Under the pieces are notes generated by a model, which made no database searches, was not told where the DNA came from, and saw only the letters and a program-made list of their open reading frames with translations. The translations under genes and the position numbers were made by a program. A stretch of 64,000 nucleotides of DNA from an uncultured Coriobacteriia bacterium (GTDB taxonomy: Bacteria; Actinomycetota; Coriobacteriia; Anaerosomatales; CAVYJL01), in the NCBI GenBank assembly GCA_963768865.1, contig CAVYJL010000002.1:443336-507335 (forward strand). Direction: 5' to 3'. Position 1 is the first letter of the stretch; each line of letters begins with the position of its first letter. This document shows positions 32,659-41,714 of the stretch, piece after piece.

Positions 32659-33555
32659 TTGACGCTCGCGATCTCCGGGGAAACGCAGCTGGCCGGGGTC
32701 ACCGGCTGGCCCCTGTCCCACACGCTGTCGCCCGCTATGCACAACGCGGCCTACGAGACGATGGGGGTGGACTGGGTCTACGTCCCGCTGGCCGTACGCA
32801 GCGCCGGCGACCTCCCCGCGCTCATGGACGCTCTGCGCACCCTGCCGTTCGTAGGCATCAACATCACCATGCCCTACAAGGAGCCGATCCTGAAGCTATG
32901 CGACGAGGTGGCGGTCTTCGCGTCCGTCGCCGGCGCTGTGAACACGATCCACGTCGTGGACGGCCGCCTCATCGGCTACAACACCGACGGCCGCGGTCTA
33001 GTCGAGTCTCTGGCACAGGGCGCCGGCTTCCACGCGGAGGGCAAGGACGTCGTGGTAGTGGGGGCGGGCGGCGCGGCCGCGGCCGCGGTCCTCGCGCTGT
33101 CTCTCGAAGACGCCGCTTCGGTGACCATCCTGAACCGCACGCACTCCAATGCCGAGGACCTCGTGGCTCGGCTGCAGGGCCACGCCCGAGGGACCGTGCT
33201 GACCGCCGAGGCGCTGACCCCCGACGCGGCCGGGTCGGTCCGGCGCGCGCAGCTGGTCGTCAACGCCACGCCCGTGGGAATGCGGCCCGCGGGAGGCATG
33301 CCGTTGCCCGGCGAATGGCTACACGGGGACCAGGTCGTTGCCGATATGGTCTATAGACCGGCCGTCACCCCCCTGCTCGCCGCCGCGGCATCCGTCGGGG
33401 CGACGGCCGTGGGCGGTCTGGGCATGCTCGTGGCGCAAGGCGCGGTGAGCATCGAGATCTGGAACGGAGACTCCCAGCAGGCCGCGCCCCGCGAGGTCAT
33501 GCGGACCGCTGCTCTCGAGGCGCTGGCGCTGCAGGACTCCACATCGGAACCGTAG
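32659..33555 (+). CDS. aroE: shikimate dehydrogenase
   Basis: HTLSPAMHN, NITMPYK, GAVNT, YNTDG, GAGGAA, NATPVGM. Confidence 0.96.
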   Translation: MTLAISGETQLAGVTGWPLSHTLSPAMHNAAYETMGVDWVYVPLAVRSAGDLPALMDALRTLPFVGINITMPYKEPILKLCDEVAVFASVAGAVNTIHVVDGRLIGYNTDGRGLVESLAQGAGFHAEGKDVVVVGAGGAAAAAVLALSLEDAASVTILNRTHSNAEDLVARLQGHARGTVLTAEALTPDAAGSVRRAQLVVNATPVGMRPAGGMPLPGEWLHGDQVVADMVYRPAVTPLLAAAASVGATAVGGLGMLVAQGAVSIEIWNGDSQQAAPREVMRTAALEALALQDSTSEP

Positions 33556-33578
33556 GTCTCTAGAACGAAAGCGGGGCC

Positions 33579-35255
33579 ATGGCAGGGGCGACCGGAAAAC
33601 GCCTGGGCATGTTGCTCGTCCAGGCGGGCACGATAACCGACGAGCAGCTCAAGACCGCGCTCGCGCACGCCGGCCGTGAGGGTTCGCTGGTCACCGCCCT
33701 TGCCCAGCTGGGGATCGTCGACGAGGTCACCTGCGCCAAGGCCGTCGCCAAGCAGATGAACCTCTCCTTCGTGGACCTGTCCGGCTACAAGATCGACCCG
33801 CACGCCGCGGCGCTGCTCAGCACCGACCTCGCCCTGAAGTACACCGTCATGCCCATCGCCATCGAGGACTCCGAGCTCATCGTCGCGATGGCCGATCCGG
33901 CGAACATCTTCGCGATCGACGACCTCCGCATCGTGACCGGCTACGAGATACGCCCCGTGGCGGCCGCCGAAGGGGACCTGGCCGCCGCCATCGAGCGCTT
34001 CAACACGATGCAGGAGAACGTGGAGGAGATGGTGGAGGACCTCGCCGGGGGTGAGGCCGCCGAGGATGAAGACGAAGACGCGGCGATCACCGACGAGAGC
34101 GCGCCGGTCGCCAAGCTCATGAACATGATCATCACCGAGGCCATCCGCCAAGGTGCCGGCGACATCTACATCGAGCCTCAGGATGAGGATCTCAGGGTCA
34201 GGTATCGCGTGGACGGCGTGTGCCGCGAGATCGTCCGGCAGCCAAAGAGAGTGGCCCGCCAGCTCATAAGCCGGATCAAGATCGCGTCGGGCATGGACAT
34301 CGCCGAGCGCCGGATCCCGCAGGACGGGCGCTTCGGCGTTGTCCTGGACGGCAAGGCGGTCGATTTCCGGGTCGCCGTGCTGCCGGTGGTCAACGGCGAG
34401 ATGAGCGTCATCCGCCTGCTGCGTCGTGACTCCATCATGATGTCGCTGGAGGACCTGGGCTTCTTGCCGCAGCCGCTGGAGCGGCTGATGGGCGCGTTGG
34501 CCAAGCCGTGGGGGGCCGTGCTCGTGACGGGGCCCACCGGCTCCGGCAAGTCCACCACCCTGTACGCGGCCATCAACAAGACGTCATCGGCAGACACGAA
34601 TCTGATCACGGTCGAGGATCCGGTCGAGTACCGGCTCGAGGGTCTATCCCAGGTCCAGGTGCAGGAGAAGGCGGGCCTGACGTTCGCCGCGGCCCTGCGC
34701 TCGATCCTGCGGCAGGACCCCGACACCGTGATGATCGGCGAGATCCGCGACCGCGAGACCGGCAAGATCGCGGTAGAAGCCGCGCTCACCGGCCACCTCG
34801 TGCTCTCCACGCTGCACACCAACGACGCTCCCAGCGCCATCACCCGCCTGACGGAGATGGGCATCGAGCCCTTCCTCATCGCCTCGGCCGTGACCTGCGT
34901 GCTCGCCCAGCGCCTGGGGAGGCGTCTGTGTCCCTCCTGCAAAGAGGCGTACACGCCCTCCGAGGAGGCGCTGGACCGCGTGGGCTTCCCGTACGAGCCC
35001 GGCGATCCGCCAGTGCTGTACCGCGCGGTGGGATGCAACAAGTGCAACAACATCGGCTACAAGGGCCGCATGGGGATCCACGAGGTGCTCACGATCTCGG
35101 AGGACATCGAGCGTCTATGCGTGGAGAACAAGTCCTCCGACGTGATCAGGCGCCAAGCCCTTGCCGAGGGCATGCTCACGCTCAAGGACGACGGTTTTGA
35201 GAAGGTGCGCATGGGGTTGACCTCCATCGAGGAGGTCATGCGCGTCGTCGTGTGA
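33579..35255 (+). CDS. pilB: type IV pilus assembly ATPase PilB (paralogue 1)
   Basis: RLGxLL N-terminus, ERRIPQDGR, GPTGSGKST, EDPVE, LRQDPD, LSTLHTND, CxxC...CxxC. Confidence 0.93.
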   Translation: MAGATGKRLGMLLVQAGTITDEQLKTALAHAGREGSLVTALAQLGIVDEVTCAKAVAKQMNLSFVDLSGYKIDPHAAALLSTDLALKYTVMPIAIEDSELIVAMADPANIFAIDDLRIVTGYEIRPVAAAEGDLAAAIERFNTMQENVEEMVEDLAGGEAAEDEDEDAAITDESAPVAKLMNMIITEAIRQGAGDIYIEPQDEDLRVRYRVDGVCREIVRQPKRVARQLISRIKIASGMDIAERRIPQDGRFGVVLDGKAVDFRVAVLPVVNGEMSVIRLLRRDSIMMSLEDLGFLPQPLERLMGALAKPWGAVLVTGPTGSGKSTTLYAAINKTSSADTNLITVEDPVEYRLEGLSQVQVQEKAGLTFAAALRSILRQDPDTVMIGEIRDRETGKIAVEAALTGHLVLSTLHTNDAPSAITRLTEMGIEPFLIASAVTCVLAQRLGRRLCPSCKEAYTPSEEALDRVGFPYEPGDPPVLYRAVGCNKCNNIGYKGRMGIHEVLTISEDIERLCVENKSSDVIRRQALAEGMLTLKDDGFEKVRMGLTSIEEVMRVVV

Positions 35256-35422
35256 CGGCTCGCGGCCGCCCGCCGACCCGGCGGGCGCGTGGCCGTAAGG
35301 TTTGTTGCTAGTGTGATGGGCTTCAGGGAAACTCACCGCAGGGCTCAGTGCGCACGCCTATCGGGCGCGCTGGAAAGTCCGCGCTCGCACGCCTCGCATC
35401 GGCCTGCGAGAAGGAGGAACAA

Positions 35423-36288
35423 GTGAGCGATACCGGCATAAACGACTACTTCGTGACGGACGAGGACGGCCAGCTCGACTCCCAGGGAGCCCCGCTGGTC
35501 GTCCCCGCGATACCGGCGCAGCCGGGGCCTGCCCAGGCCCAGCCCGCGCAGCCGGCCGTGCCGCCGACCCCCGCGACGGCCGAGGGGGGAGCTCCCGTGC
35601 ACATCCCTGTGACGCCCGCCCAGCCGGCCGTGCGCCCCGAGTCGGTCCCCCAGGTGCATCCGGAACCGCCGGTGACTCCTGCTGTCGCAATGCCCTCGGC
35701 GGCGCCGGCGGCATCGGCGCCGGTGGCGGCCCCGGCATCCGTACACGCGCCGGCCCCTCGCCGGCTCCGGCTGCCGCGGCACCGTCCGGCCCCGCGCCCA
35801 CGCCCGAGCCCTCGTCGGCGGCTTCCGCCCCGGCTGCGCCCGCCCCTTCCGCGGCGGCGGCTCAGCCGGCGCCCGCCTCCGTGTCAGCGCCCGCCCCGGC
35901 CGCGGCCGCGGCCGAGCACGGAGCGCGCGAGGAGCTCCTGCATCACGAGCTCGCCGAGCTCATAGCCGGCTCTCCCGATGTGGAGGCCGCGGCCATCGTG
36001 AGCCTGGACGGCTTCACCATGGCCTCGGCACTGCCCGCTGGGATGCAGGAGGACCGTGTGGGCGCCATGTCGGCGGCCATCCTGGCGCTGGGTGAGCGCG
36101 CCTCCCATGAGCTGGGCAAAGGCAAGCTCACCCAGGTCTTCATCGAGGGCGCCGATGGCTACGTCATGCTCATGGCCGCCGGCGGCAGCGCCGTGCTCAC
36201 GTGCCTCGTCTCGCGCGAGGCCAAACTCGGACTCGTCATCTTCGACATGCGCCGCGCCGCGGCAGCGATCGGCGCGATCGTCGGCTAG
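35423..36288 (+). CDS. Roadblock/LC7 (MglB-like) protein with long Pro/Ala-rich N-terminal extension; frameshift near 35758
   Basis: AAGGAGG RBS plus GTG35423; C-terminal AAAIVSLDG...DRVGAMSAA...LGKGKLTQVFIEG...KLGLV. Confidence 0.85.
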
Positions 36289-36324
36289 GCCGGCGCAGCG
36301 CCAGGAAAGGCACGACCACACCAC

Positions 36325-38556
36325 ATGGCCCTCAAGGGGAACCTGAGCGACTTCAGCCTCCCGGACGTCTTCCAGCTCATCCAACTGAGCCGCAAGACGG
36401 GAGTGCTGCGCATATCGCGCGCCGGTTCCGAGGGCACCATCTGGTTCCGTGAAGGCGAGGTCTTCTTCGCCACGTCGGACTGGCGCCACGACCTGCTTGG
36501 CCAGCGTCTCGTGGCCGAGGGCCGGATCACCGCCAACGCGCTCGCCCGCGCGCTCGCCGTGCGCGAGGCCGAGCCGCCCGGCGGGCGCCGCCTGGGCGCC
36601 ATCCTCGTCGAGGAGGGCTACCTCACCCAGTCCACGCTGGAGACGTTCGTCCAAGAGCAGATCCAGGACACGATCTTCGACCTCATGCGCTGGGACGACG
36701 GCGCCTTCTTCTTCGAGCCGCTCGACGAGATCCCGCCCGACGAGGACATCGGCCTGTCGGTCTCCATCGAGAACATCGTCATGGAGGGCAGCCGCCGCCT
36801 CGAGGAATGGAACCGCATCCGGCGCAAGATCCCCAGCATGGACATGGTGTTCCGCATGTCCACGGTGCCGGGGCAAGGGACGTACGAGATCTCGCTCAAG
36901 CCCTCCGAGTGGCGCCTGCTCCTCGCGCTGGACGGCAGCCGCAGCGTCTCGGGCCTCGCCGAGGCCACGGGGCGCACCGACTTCGAGGCGGCGCGCGCCC
37001 TGTACGGCCTGTACTCGGCAGGGCTGCTCGAGCTTGCCGACGACGAGTCGGTGGCCACCGCCACGGCCGAGCGCGAACGCCGCGAGGCGCGCCTGTCCAA
37101 ACTGAAGCCCGCGCCCGCGACCGCCCCGGCCGCCCGCAAGCGCGAGAAGGCCGCCGCGGCCTCCGTGACGGTGGAACCCGAGGCCGCCGAACGCCAGGCG
37201 CCGCGCGTCGTGGAGGAGCCCGCGTTCCTTTCGGCGCCTGTCGAGCCCACCGCGGCCGACGTCGCCGTGTTCGACGAGCTCATCAGCGCCGCCGTCGCAG
37301 CGGGCACGCAGCCGTCCGCGGTCGAGGCGCTGCCCGAGACCGAGACGCCTCCGCCCGCTCCGATCGTGGAGGAGGCCCGAGCGCACCCCGCGCCGGCGCC
37401 CGCCGGGATCGAGGAGCCCCAGCTCCCGGTCCCCGAAGAGGAGGAGCCGCCTCCGCCGCCCTACGTGCTGTCCGACCTGATCGGCGTCGAGTCCGAGACG
37501 GTCGTGCAAGAGGTCTCGCCCGCGATGGCCGAGGCCTCGCCGGCTGAGGTCCAGGCGCCGCCCGCTCCCGAGCAGGCGGGGACGTTCGAACCGCTGTCCG
37601 AGGCGGGCCGCGCCCCGGCGCCGGCAGCCGCGGAGCCCACGGCGCTCGAGCCGCCCGCGCCCGAGCCGGAGCCCGTGCCCACGGAACCCGAGCCCGAGCC
37701 CGAGCCGGTCGTCGAGGAGGCGCCCGTCGCGCCCGCGCCGCGCGCGCCCGAGGGACCCGCGCCCGCGCCCGAACCCGAGGAGCCCGTGCCCGCGCCCGTG
37801 CCTGAGCCGGTCGCCGAGGAGGCGCCCATCGCGCCTGCGCCGCCCGAGCCCGAGCCGGTAGCCGCGCCCTCCGAGCCCGAGCCGGTGGCCGCCTCAGAGG
37901 CGCCCGCACCCCCGGAGTCCGCGGCTCCGGCGCCCGCGCACGAGCCGCTCGCCGCCGCCGAACCGGAGCAGGTGCCATCTGCCGAGGCCGTCGCAGCCCC
38001 GCAGCTCGATACCGAGTCGATCCGCCAGGCCCTGCGCGAGAACCTCGAGGTCTCGGAGCCGCCCGTCGCTGAGGCGGAGCCTGCCTTCCTCGAGCCGCTC
38101 GTCCCCGCGGAGGAACTCGCGTACGCGCCCGTCGAGGAGGCCGCCCCTCCCGGGGAGGCGCCCGCCCCGTTGCCGGCCGAGCCGTCGTTGCCGCCAGCGT
38201 CGATCACGGTGGCCGCGCCGCCGCCTCCACCGCCGGTCGCGCCGCCGGCTGCCGCCGCGCCGCCGGCGCACGAGCCAGAAGTGCCACCGGTGCGTGCCGA
38301 GCCTGGGGCCTCGGCACGGGCGATCGCTGAGCTTCCCGACGAGATCTTCCACGACAGCCTGGGACTGGGTGATTCGTCGGTGCTCGGAGACGAGCTGACC
38401 GCGCTCACCGGCGCCGAGCGGATGGGCCGGCGGCCCGCGCCGCCGCCGGTCGCGCCTACTTCGCAGCCCGCCTCGCCCTCCGGCCGCGTGAGGCGCGACA
38501 CGCGCGTGGACCGGGCGACCGTGGAGCAGATCATCGAGGGGCTACAGAACCTGTGA
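36325..38556 (+). CDS. DUF4388 (PatA-N) protein with MshEN-like insert, wHTH-like segment and ~450-aa Pro/Glu-rich linker
   Basis: MALKGNLSDFSLPDVFQLI...KTGVL; RLGAILVEEG; W.DG.F.F; MEGSRRLEEW; LDGSRSV. Confidence 0.85.
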   Translation: MALKGNLSDFSLPDVFQLIQLSRKTGVLRISRAGSEGTIWFREGEVFFATSDWRHDLLGQRLVAEGRITANALARALAVREAEPPGGRRLGAILVEEGYLTQSTLETFVQEQIQDTIFDLMRWDDGAFFFEPLDEIPPDEDIGLSVSIENIVMEGSRRLEEWNRIRRKIPSMDMVFRMSTVPGQGTYEISLKPSEWRLLLALDGSRSVSGLAEATGRTDFEAARALYGLYSAGLLELADDESVATATAERERREARLSKLKPAPATAPAARKREKAAAASVTVEPEAAERQAPRVVEEPAFLSAPVEPTAADVAVFDELISAAVAAGTQPSAVEALPETETPPPAPIVEEARAHPAPAPAGIEEPQLPVPEEEEPPPPPYVLSDLIGVESETVVQEVSPAMAEASPAEVQAPPAPEQAGTFEPLSEAGRAPAPAAAEPTALEPPAPEPEPVPTEPEPEPEPVVEEAPVAPAPRAPEGPAPAPEPEEPVPAPVPEPVAEEAPIAPAPPEPEPVAAPSEPEPVAASEAPAPPESAAPAPAHEPLAAAEPEQVPSAEAVAAPQLDTESIRQALRENLEVSEPPVAEAEPAFLEPLVPAEELAYAPVEEAAPPGEAPAPLPAEPSLPPASITVAAPPPPPPVAPPAAAAPPAHEPEVPPVRAEPGASARAIAELPDEIFHDSLGLGDSSVLGDELTALTGAERMGRRPAPPPVAPTSQPASPSGRVRRDTRVDRATVEQIIEGLQNL

Positions 38557-38569
38557 GCGCGGAGGTCCC

Positions 38570-39097
38570 ATGCAGTCAGTGAAGGTCGTCATCACCGGCC
38601 CGTTCAACGCCGGCAAGACCACGTTCATCCGTGCCATCTCCGAGATAGCCGTGCTCTCCACGGAGCGGCAGGTCTCCGAGACTTCGAACGAAGGCCAGGG
38701 CGAGACCACCGTGGCCATGGACTTCGGCCGCATCACGATCTCGGACGACGTGGTCCTATACCTGTTCGGTACGCCTGGGCAGGAGCGCTTCTCCTTCATG
38801 TGGGAGACGTTGTCGGAGGGGATGCTCGGCTTCGTCGTGCTCGTGGACGGGTCCGATCCGGAGTCGGTGCGCGACGCCACGAACGTCTTGTCGTTCTTCC
38901 GTGAGATGTCGGACGTCCCGTTCGTCGTGGCGGTGAACAGGGTGGGTCCGCGCGAGCACGACGAGCTCGATCGCCTTCGCGCGGAGCTGAAGGTCCCGGC
39001 GCAGATCCCGCTGCTGGGACTCGACGCGCGCAAGCGTGACGAGGTGAAGGGCGTGCTGATCGCGCTCCTTCGCCGGATCCTCGACACCATGGACTGA
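38570..39097 (+). CDS. small Ras-like GTPase, MglA/CvnD family
   Basis: G1 GPFNAGKTT, G2 TTVAMDFG, G3 GTPGQERF, atypical G4 NRVG. Confidence 0.92.
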   Translation: MQSVKVVITGPFNAGKTTFIRAISEIAVLSTERQVSETSNEGQGETTVAMDFGRITISDDVVLYLFGTPGQERFSFMWETLSEGMLGFVVLVDGSDPESVRDATNVLSFFREMSDVPFVVAVNRVGPREHDELDRLRAELKVPAQIPLLGLDARKRDEVKGVLIALLRRILDTMD

Positions 39098-39098
39098 C

Positions 39099-39812
39099 GT
39101 GCTGCTCGCCGGCCTCGTACTCGCGATAGTCGCCCTGCTGCTCGTTGCCGGCGTGGCCGCGGTCATGCTGCGGTCGGCGGGCTCGCGGCGCACCGTCGCG
39201 CGCGGGGCCGAGAGCCCCCCGGCGCGCGAGACCGTCCTCCCGCCGTCTTCGGACCGCTCGCCCGCACGGCCGCCGGGTCCGCCTCCGGCTACCGGGGAAC
39301 CGCTGTCCGCGAGCGCCCCTCCGGCCGAGGGGTCCGCCTCGGCACCGGCCGCCGCTGTGCCTTCGCAGCCGTTGCTGCCTTCGGTGGCCGCGCCGCCCGA
39401 GCCCGTGGTGGAGCCGCCAGCCGCCGCGCCGCCCGCACCCGCGCCTTTCGCCGCGATCGAGCCCTCGGCCCCGGCGCCCTCGGCCCCGGCGTCCTCGGCC
39501 CCGGCGCCGACGGTGGCTGCCCCTGCCGCCGTGCCCCCGGCCGTGACCACCCCTGCCGCCGTGACCGCCCCCGCCCCGCACGCGGAACAGCCGCCCTCAC
39601 CCGCGACCGTCGCCGCTGCGCCGCCGGAGCGGCCGGCCACGGCCGACCCCGACCGCTACCGTCTCGTAGCGCCCGTGGAACTCGGGTTCGAGGGCGCGCC
39701 GGACCGCGTGGGCGTGCGCCCAGGCTCGTATCCGGATCGGGCGTATCGCGCGGCGGCCGACGACCTGCTGCGCCATCTGCGCGACGCCGCGGCCCCTGAG
39801 CATCGCGGCTAG
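39099..39812 (+). CDS. hypothetical membrane-anchored Pro-rich protein with small C-terminal domain
   Basis: Hydrophobic N-terminus, Pro/Ala linker, ordered C-terminus YRLVAPVELGF...; starts 1 nt after the GTPase stop. Confidence 0.7.
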   Translation: MLLAGLVLAIVALLLVAGVAAVMLRSAGSRRTVARGAESPPARETVLPPSSDRSPARPPGPPPATGEPLSASAPPAEGSASAPAAAVPSQPLLPSVAAPPEPVVEPPAAAPPAPAPFAAIEPSAPAPSAPASSAPAPTVAAPAAVPPAVTTPAAVTAPAPHAEQPPSPATVAAAPPERPATADPDRYRLVAPVELGFEGAPDRVGVRPGSYPDRAYRAAADDLLRHLRDAAAPEHRG

Positions 39813-39848
39813 CCGCCCACGCAGGCCTCTCATCCGGTCCGCCCGTGC

Positions 39849-39876
39849 TCAAGTGCATCGCCGGCGGGGCCGAAAC
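39849..39876 (+). promoter_or_regulatory. sigma28/WhiG-like promoter of pilB2-pilT-pilC
   Basis: TCAAG-N15-GCCGAAAC. Confidence 0.65.
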
Positions 39877-39987
39877 ACTGACCAGCAGGGTCCCGCCACG
39901 GTCGTCGACCAAGGCACGCTCAAGCGTGCCTTCCTGCCGTGGCCAGGGAACCTTCGGACCAGGTCTGAAGGGAAGAAGGCGCAGGAA

Positions 39988-41664
39988 GTGGCCAAGGTAG
40001 CGCAGGCCGGAGAGCGACTGGGGCACGTCCTCATGCGCGCCGGCGTCATAAGCGAGCCCCAGCTCAACGATGCTCTGCAGGTGCATCGGGCGACCGGGCA
40101 CCCCCTGGGCCGCGTCCTCGTGGACCTGGGCTACGCCTCCAACGGCGACATCCTCGCCGTCGTCGCCCGCCAGATGGGTCTGCCCTACATCGACTTCTCC
40201 GTGGACCGGCCGGAGCCCGATGCGGTCGCCGGAGTCCCCAAGGAGATGGCCCTCCGCTACACCCTCATGCCGGTCCGGATCGACGAACGCGGCCGTCTCG
40301 TCGTGGCCATGTCGGATCCGCAGAACCTCCTCGCGCTCGACGATCTGCGCATCGTCACCGGCTTCGACATCGTGCCCGCGATCTCCACCAAGGACGACAT
40401 CACGGCCGCGGTGGACGAGTACTACAAGGTCGCCGAGCACATCGACCAGGACCAGTTGTCGGACGACATCGGCTCCATCGACCTCGAGAGCATGACGGAG
40501 GTCACGGCCGAGGCGCCGGTCGTCAAGCTCGTGAACTACATCATGTCCCGCGCCATCGGCGACCGCGCAAGTGACATCCACATAGAGCCGCAAGAGCGCG
40601 ACACGCGCGTCCGTTTCAGGATCGACGGCGTGCTCCAGGAGGTCATGCGCAGCCCCAAGGCCAGCCAGCAGGCCCTCCTGTCGCGGTTCAAGATCATGGC
40701 CGACCTCGACATCGCCGAGACCCGCAAGCCGCAGGACGGCCACTGCGCGCTCACCGTGAACGGTCACAAGTACGACTTCCGCGTCTCCACGCTGCCCACC
40801 GTGTACGGCGAGCGCATCGTCCTGCGCATCCTGCGCAAGGACTCGATCCTGATGCGCCTGCAGGACCTCGGCTTCCTGCCCGCGTCGCTCGAGCGCTTCG
40901 AGGGGTCGTTCAGGAAGCCGTACGGGTGCATCCTCGTGACGGGGCCCACCGGCTCCGGCAAGTCCACGACGCTGTACGGCGCGATCAACGTGCTCAACGA
41001 TCCCTCGCGCCACATCATCACTGCCGAGGACCCGGTGGAGTACAGGCTCCCGGGCGTGAACCAGGTGCAGACCAACGCGCGCGCGGGCCTCACGTTCGCG
41101 CGGGCACTCCGATCGTTCCTGCGCTGCAGTCCCGACGTCATCCTCGTGGGCGAGATCCGTGACCACGAGACGGCCAACACCGCCATCGAGTCGGCACTGA
41201 CGGGGCACCTCGTGCTCTCGACGCTTCACACCAACGACGCTCCCAGCGCCATCACTCGCCTCAGCGAGATGGGCGTGGAGCCGTTCCTCATCTCCTCGGC
41301 GCTGGACTGCGTGCTCGCACAACGCCTCGCGCGCCGGCTCTGCTCGGACTGCAAGGAACCGTACCGTCCTTCGGACGAGGCTCTTATCGAGGCCGGATTC
41401 CCGGCGGACGACCTTCCCGAGAGTATCTTGAGAGCGGTAGGGTGCCCCAAGTGCGGGGGCACCGGCTATCGCGGCAGGACCGGCGTGCACGAGGTCATGC
41501 TCATGAGCGAGGAGATCCGCCGCCTCACCGTGGAGGCAGCCACCACCGAGGAGATCAAGAAGGTGGCCATCGAGCAGGGGATGCTGACCCTGCGCTACGA
41601 CGGACTGCAGAAGGTCAGGCTCGGAGTGACGACGATCGAGGAGATGATGCGCGTCATCGTGTAG
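39988..41664 (+). CDS. pilB: type IV pilus assembly ATPase PilB (paralogue 2)
   Basis: Tandem MshEN-like motifs, ASDIHIEP, GPTGSGKST, EDPVE, VGEIRD, LSTLHTND, CxxC...CxxC. Confidence 0.93.
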   Translation: MAKVAQAGERLGHVLMRAGVISEPQLNDALQVHRATGHPLGRVLVDLGYASNGDILAVVARQMGLPYIDFSVDRPEPDAVAGVPKEMALRYTLMPVRIDERGRLVVAMSDPQNLLALDDLRIVTGFDIVPAISTKDDITAAVDEYYKVAEHIDQDQLSDDIGSIDLESMTEVTAEAPVVKLVNYIMSRAIGDRASDIHIEPQERDTRVRFRIDGVLQEVMRSPKASQQALLSRFKIMADLDIAETRKPQDGHCALTVNGHKYDFRVSTLPTVYGERIVLRILRKDSILMRLQDLGFLPASLERFEGSFRKPYGCILVTGPTGSGKSTTLYGAINVLNDPSRHIITAEDPVEYRLPGVNQVQTNARAGLTFARALRSFLRCSPDVILVGEIRDHETANTAIESALTGHLVLSTLHTNDAPSAITRLSEMGVEPFLISSALDCVLAQRLARRLCSDCKEPYRPSDEALIEAGFPADDLPESILRAVGCPKCGGTGYRGRTGVHEVMLMSEEIRRLTVEAATTEEIKKVAIEQGMLTLRYDGLQKVRLGVTTIEEMMRVIV

Positions 41665-41714
41665 GGCGCGTCGATCGAAGCAGCAAGTGGCCCGCGACGG
41701 GGGAGGCGCCACAC

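Noticed and set aside
35256-35422. Possible c-di-GMP riboswitch upstream of the Roadblock gene
   Set aside because: Short stems and a GGAAA are present, but the class I/II consensus could not be matched. Only an extended -10 (TGcTAGTGT) is plausible.
37600-37950. Repetitive GAGCCC-rich DNA resembling a repeat array
   Set aside because: It encodes the Pro/Glu linker of the DUF4388 protein; there is no repeat-spacer structure and no cas genes.
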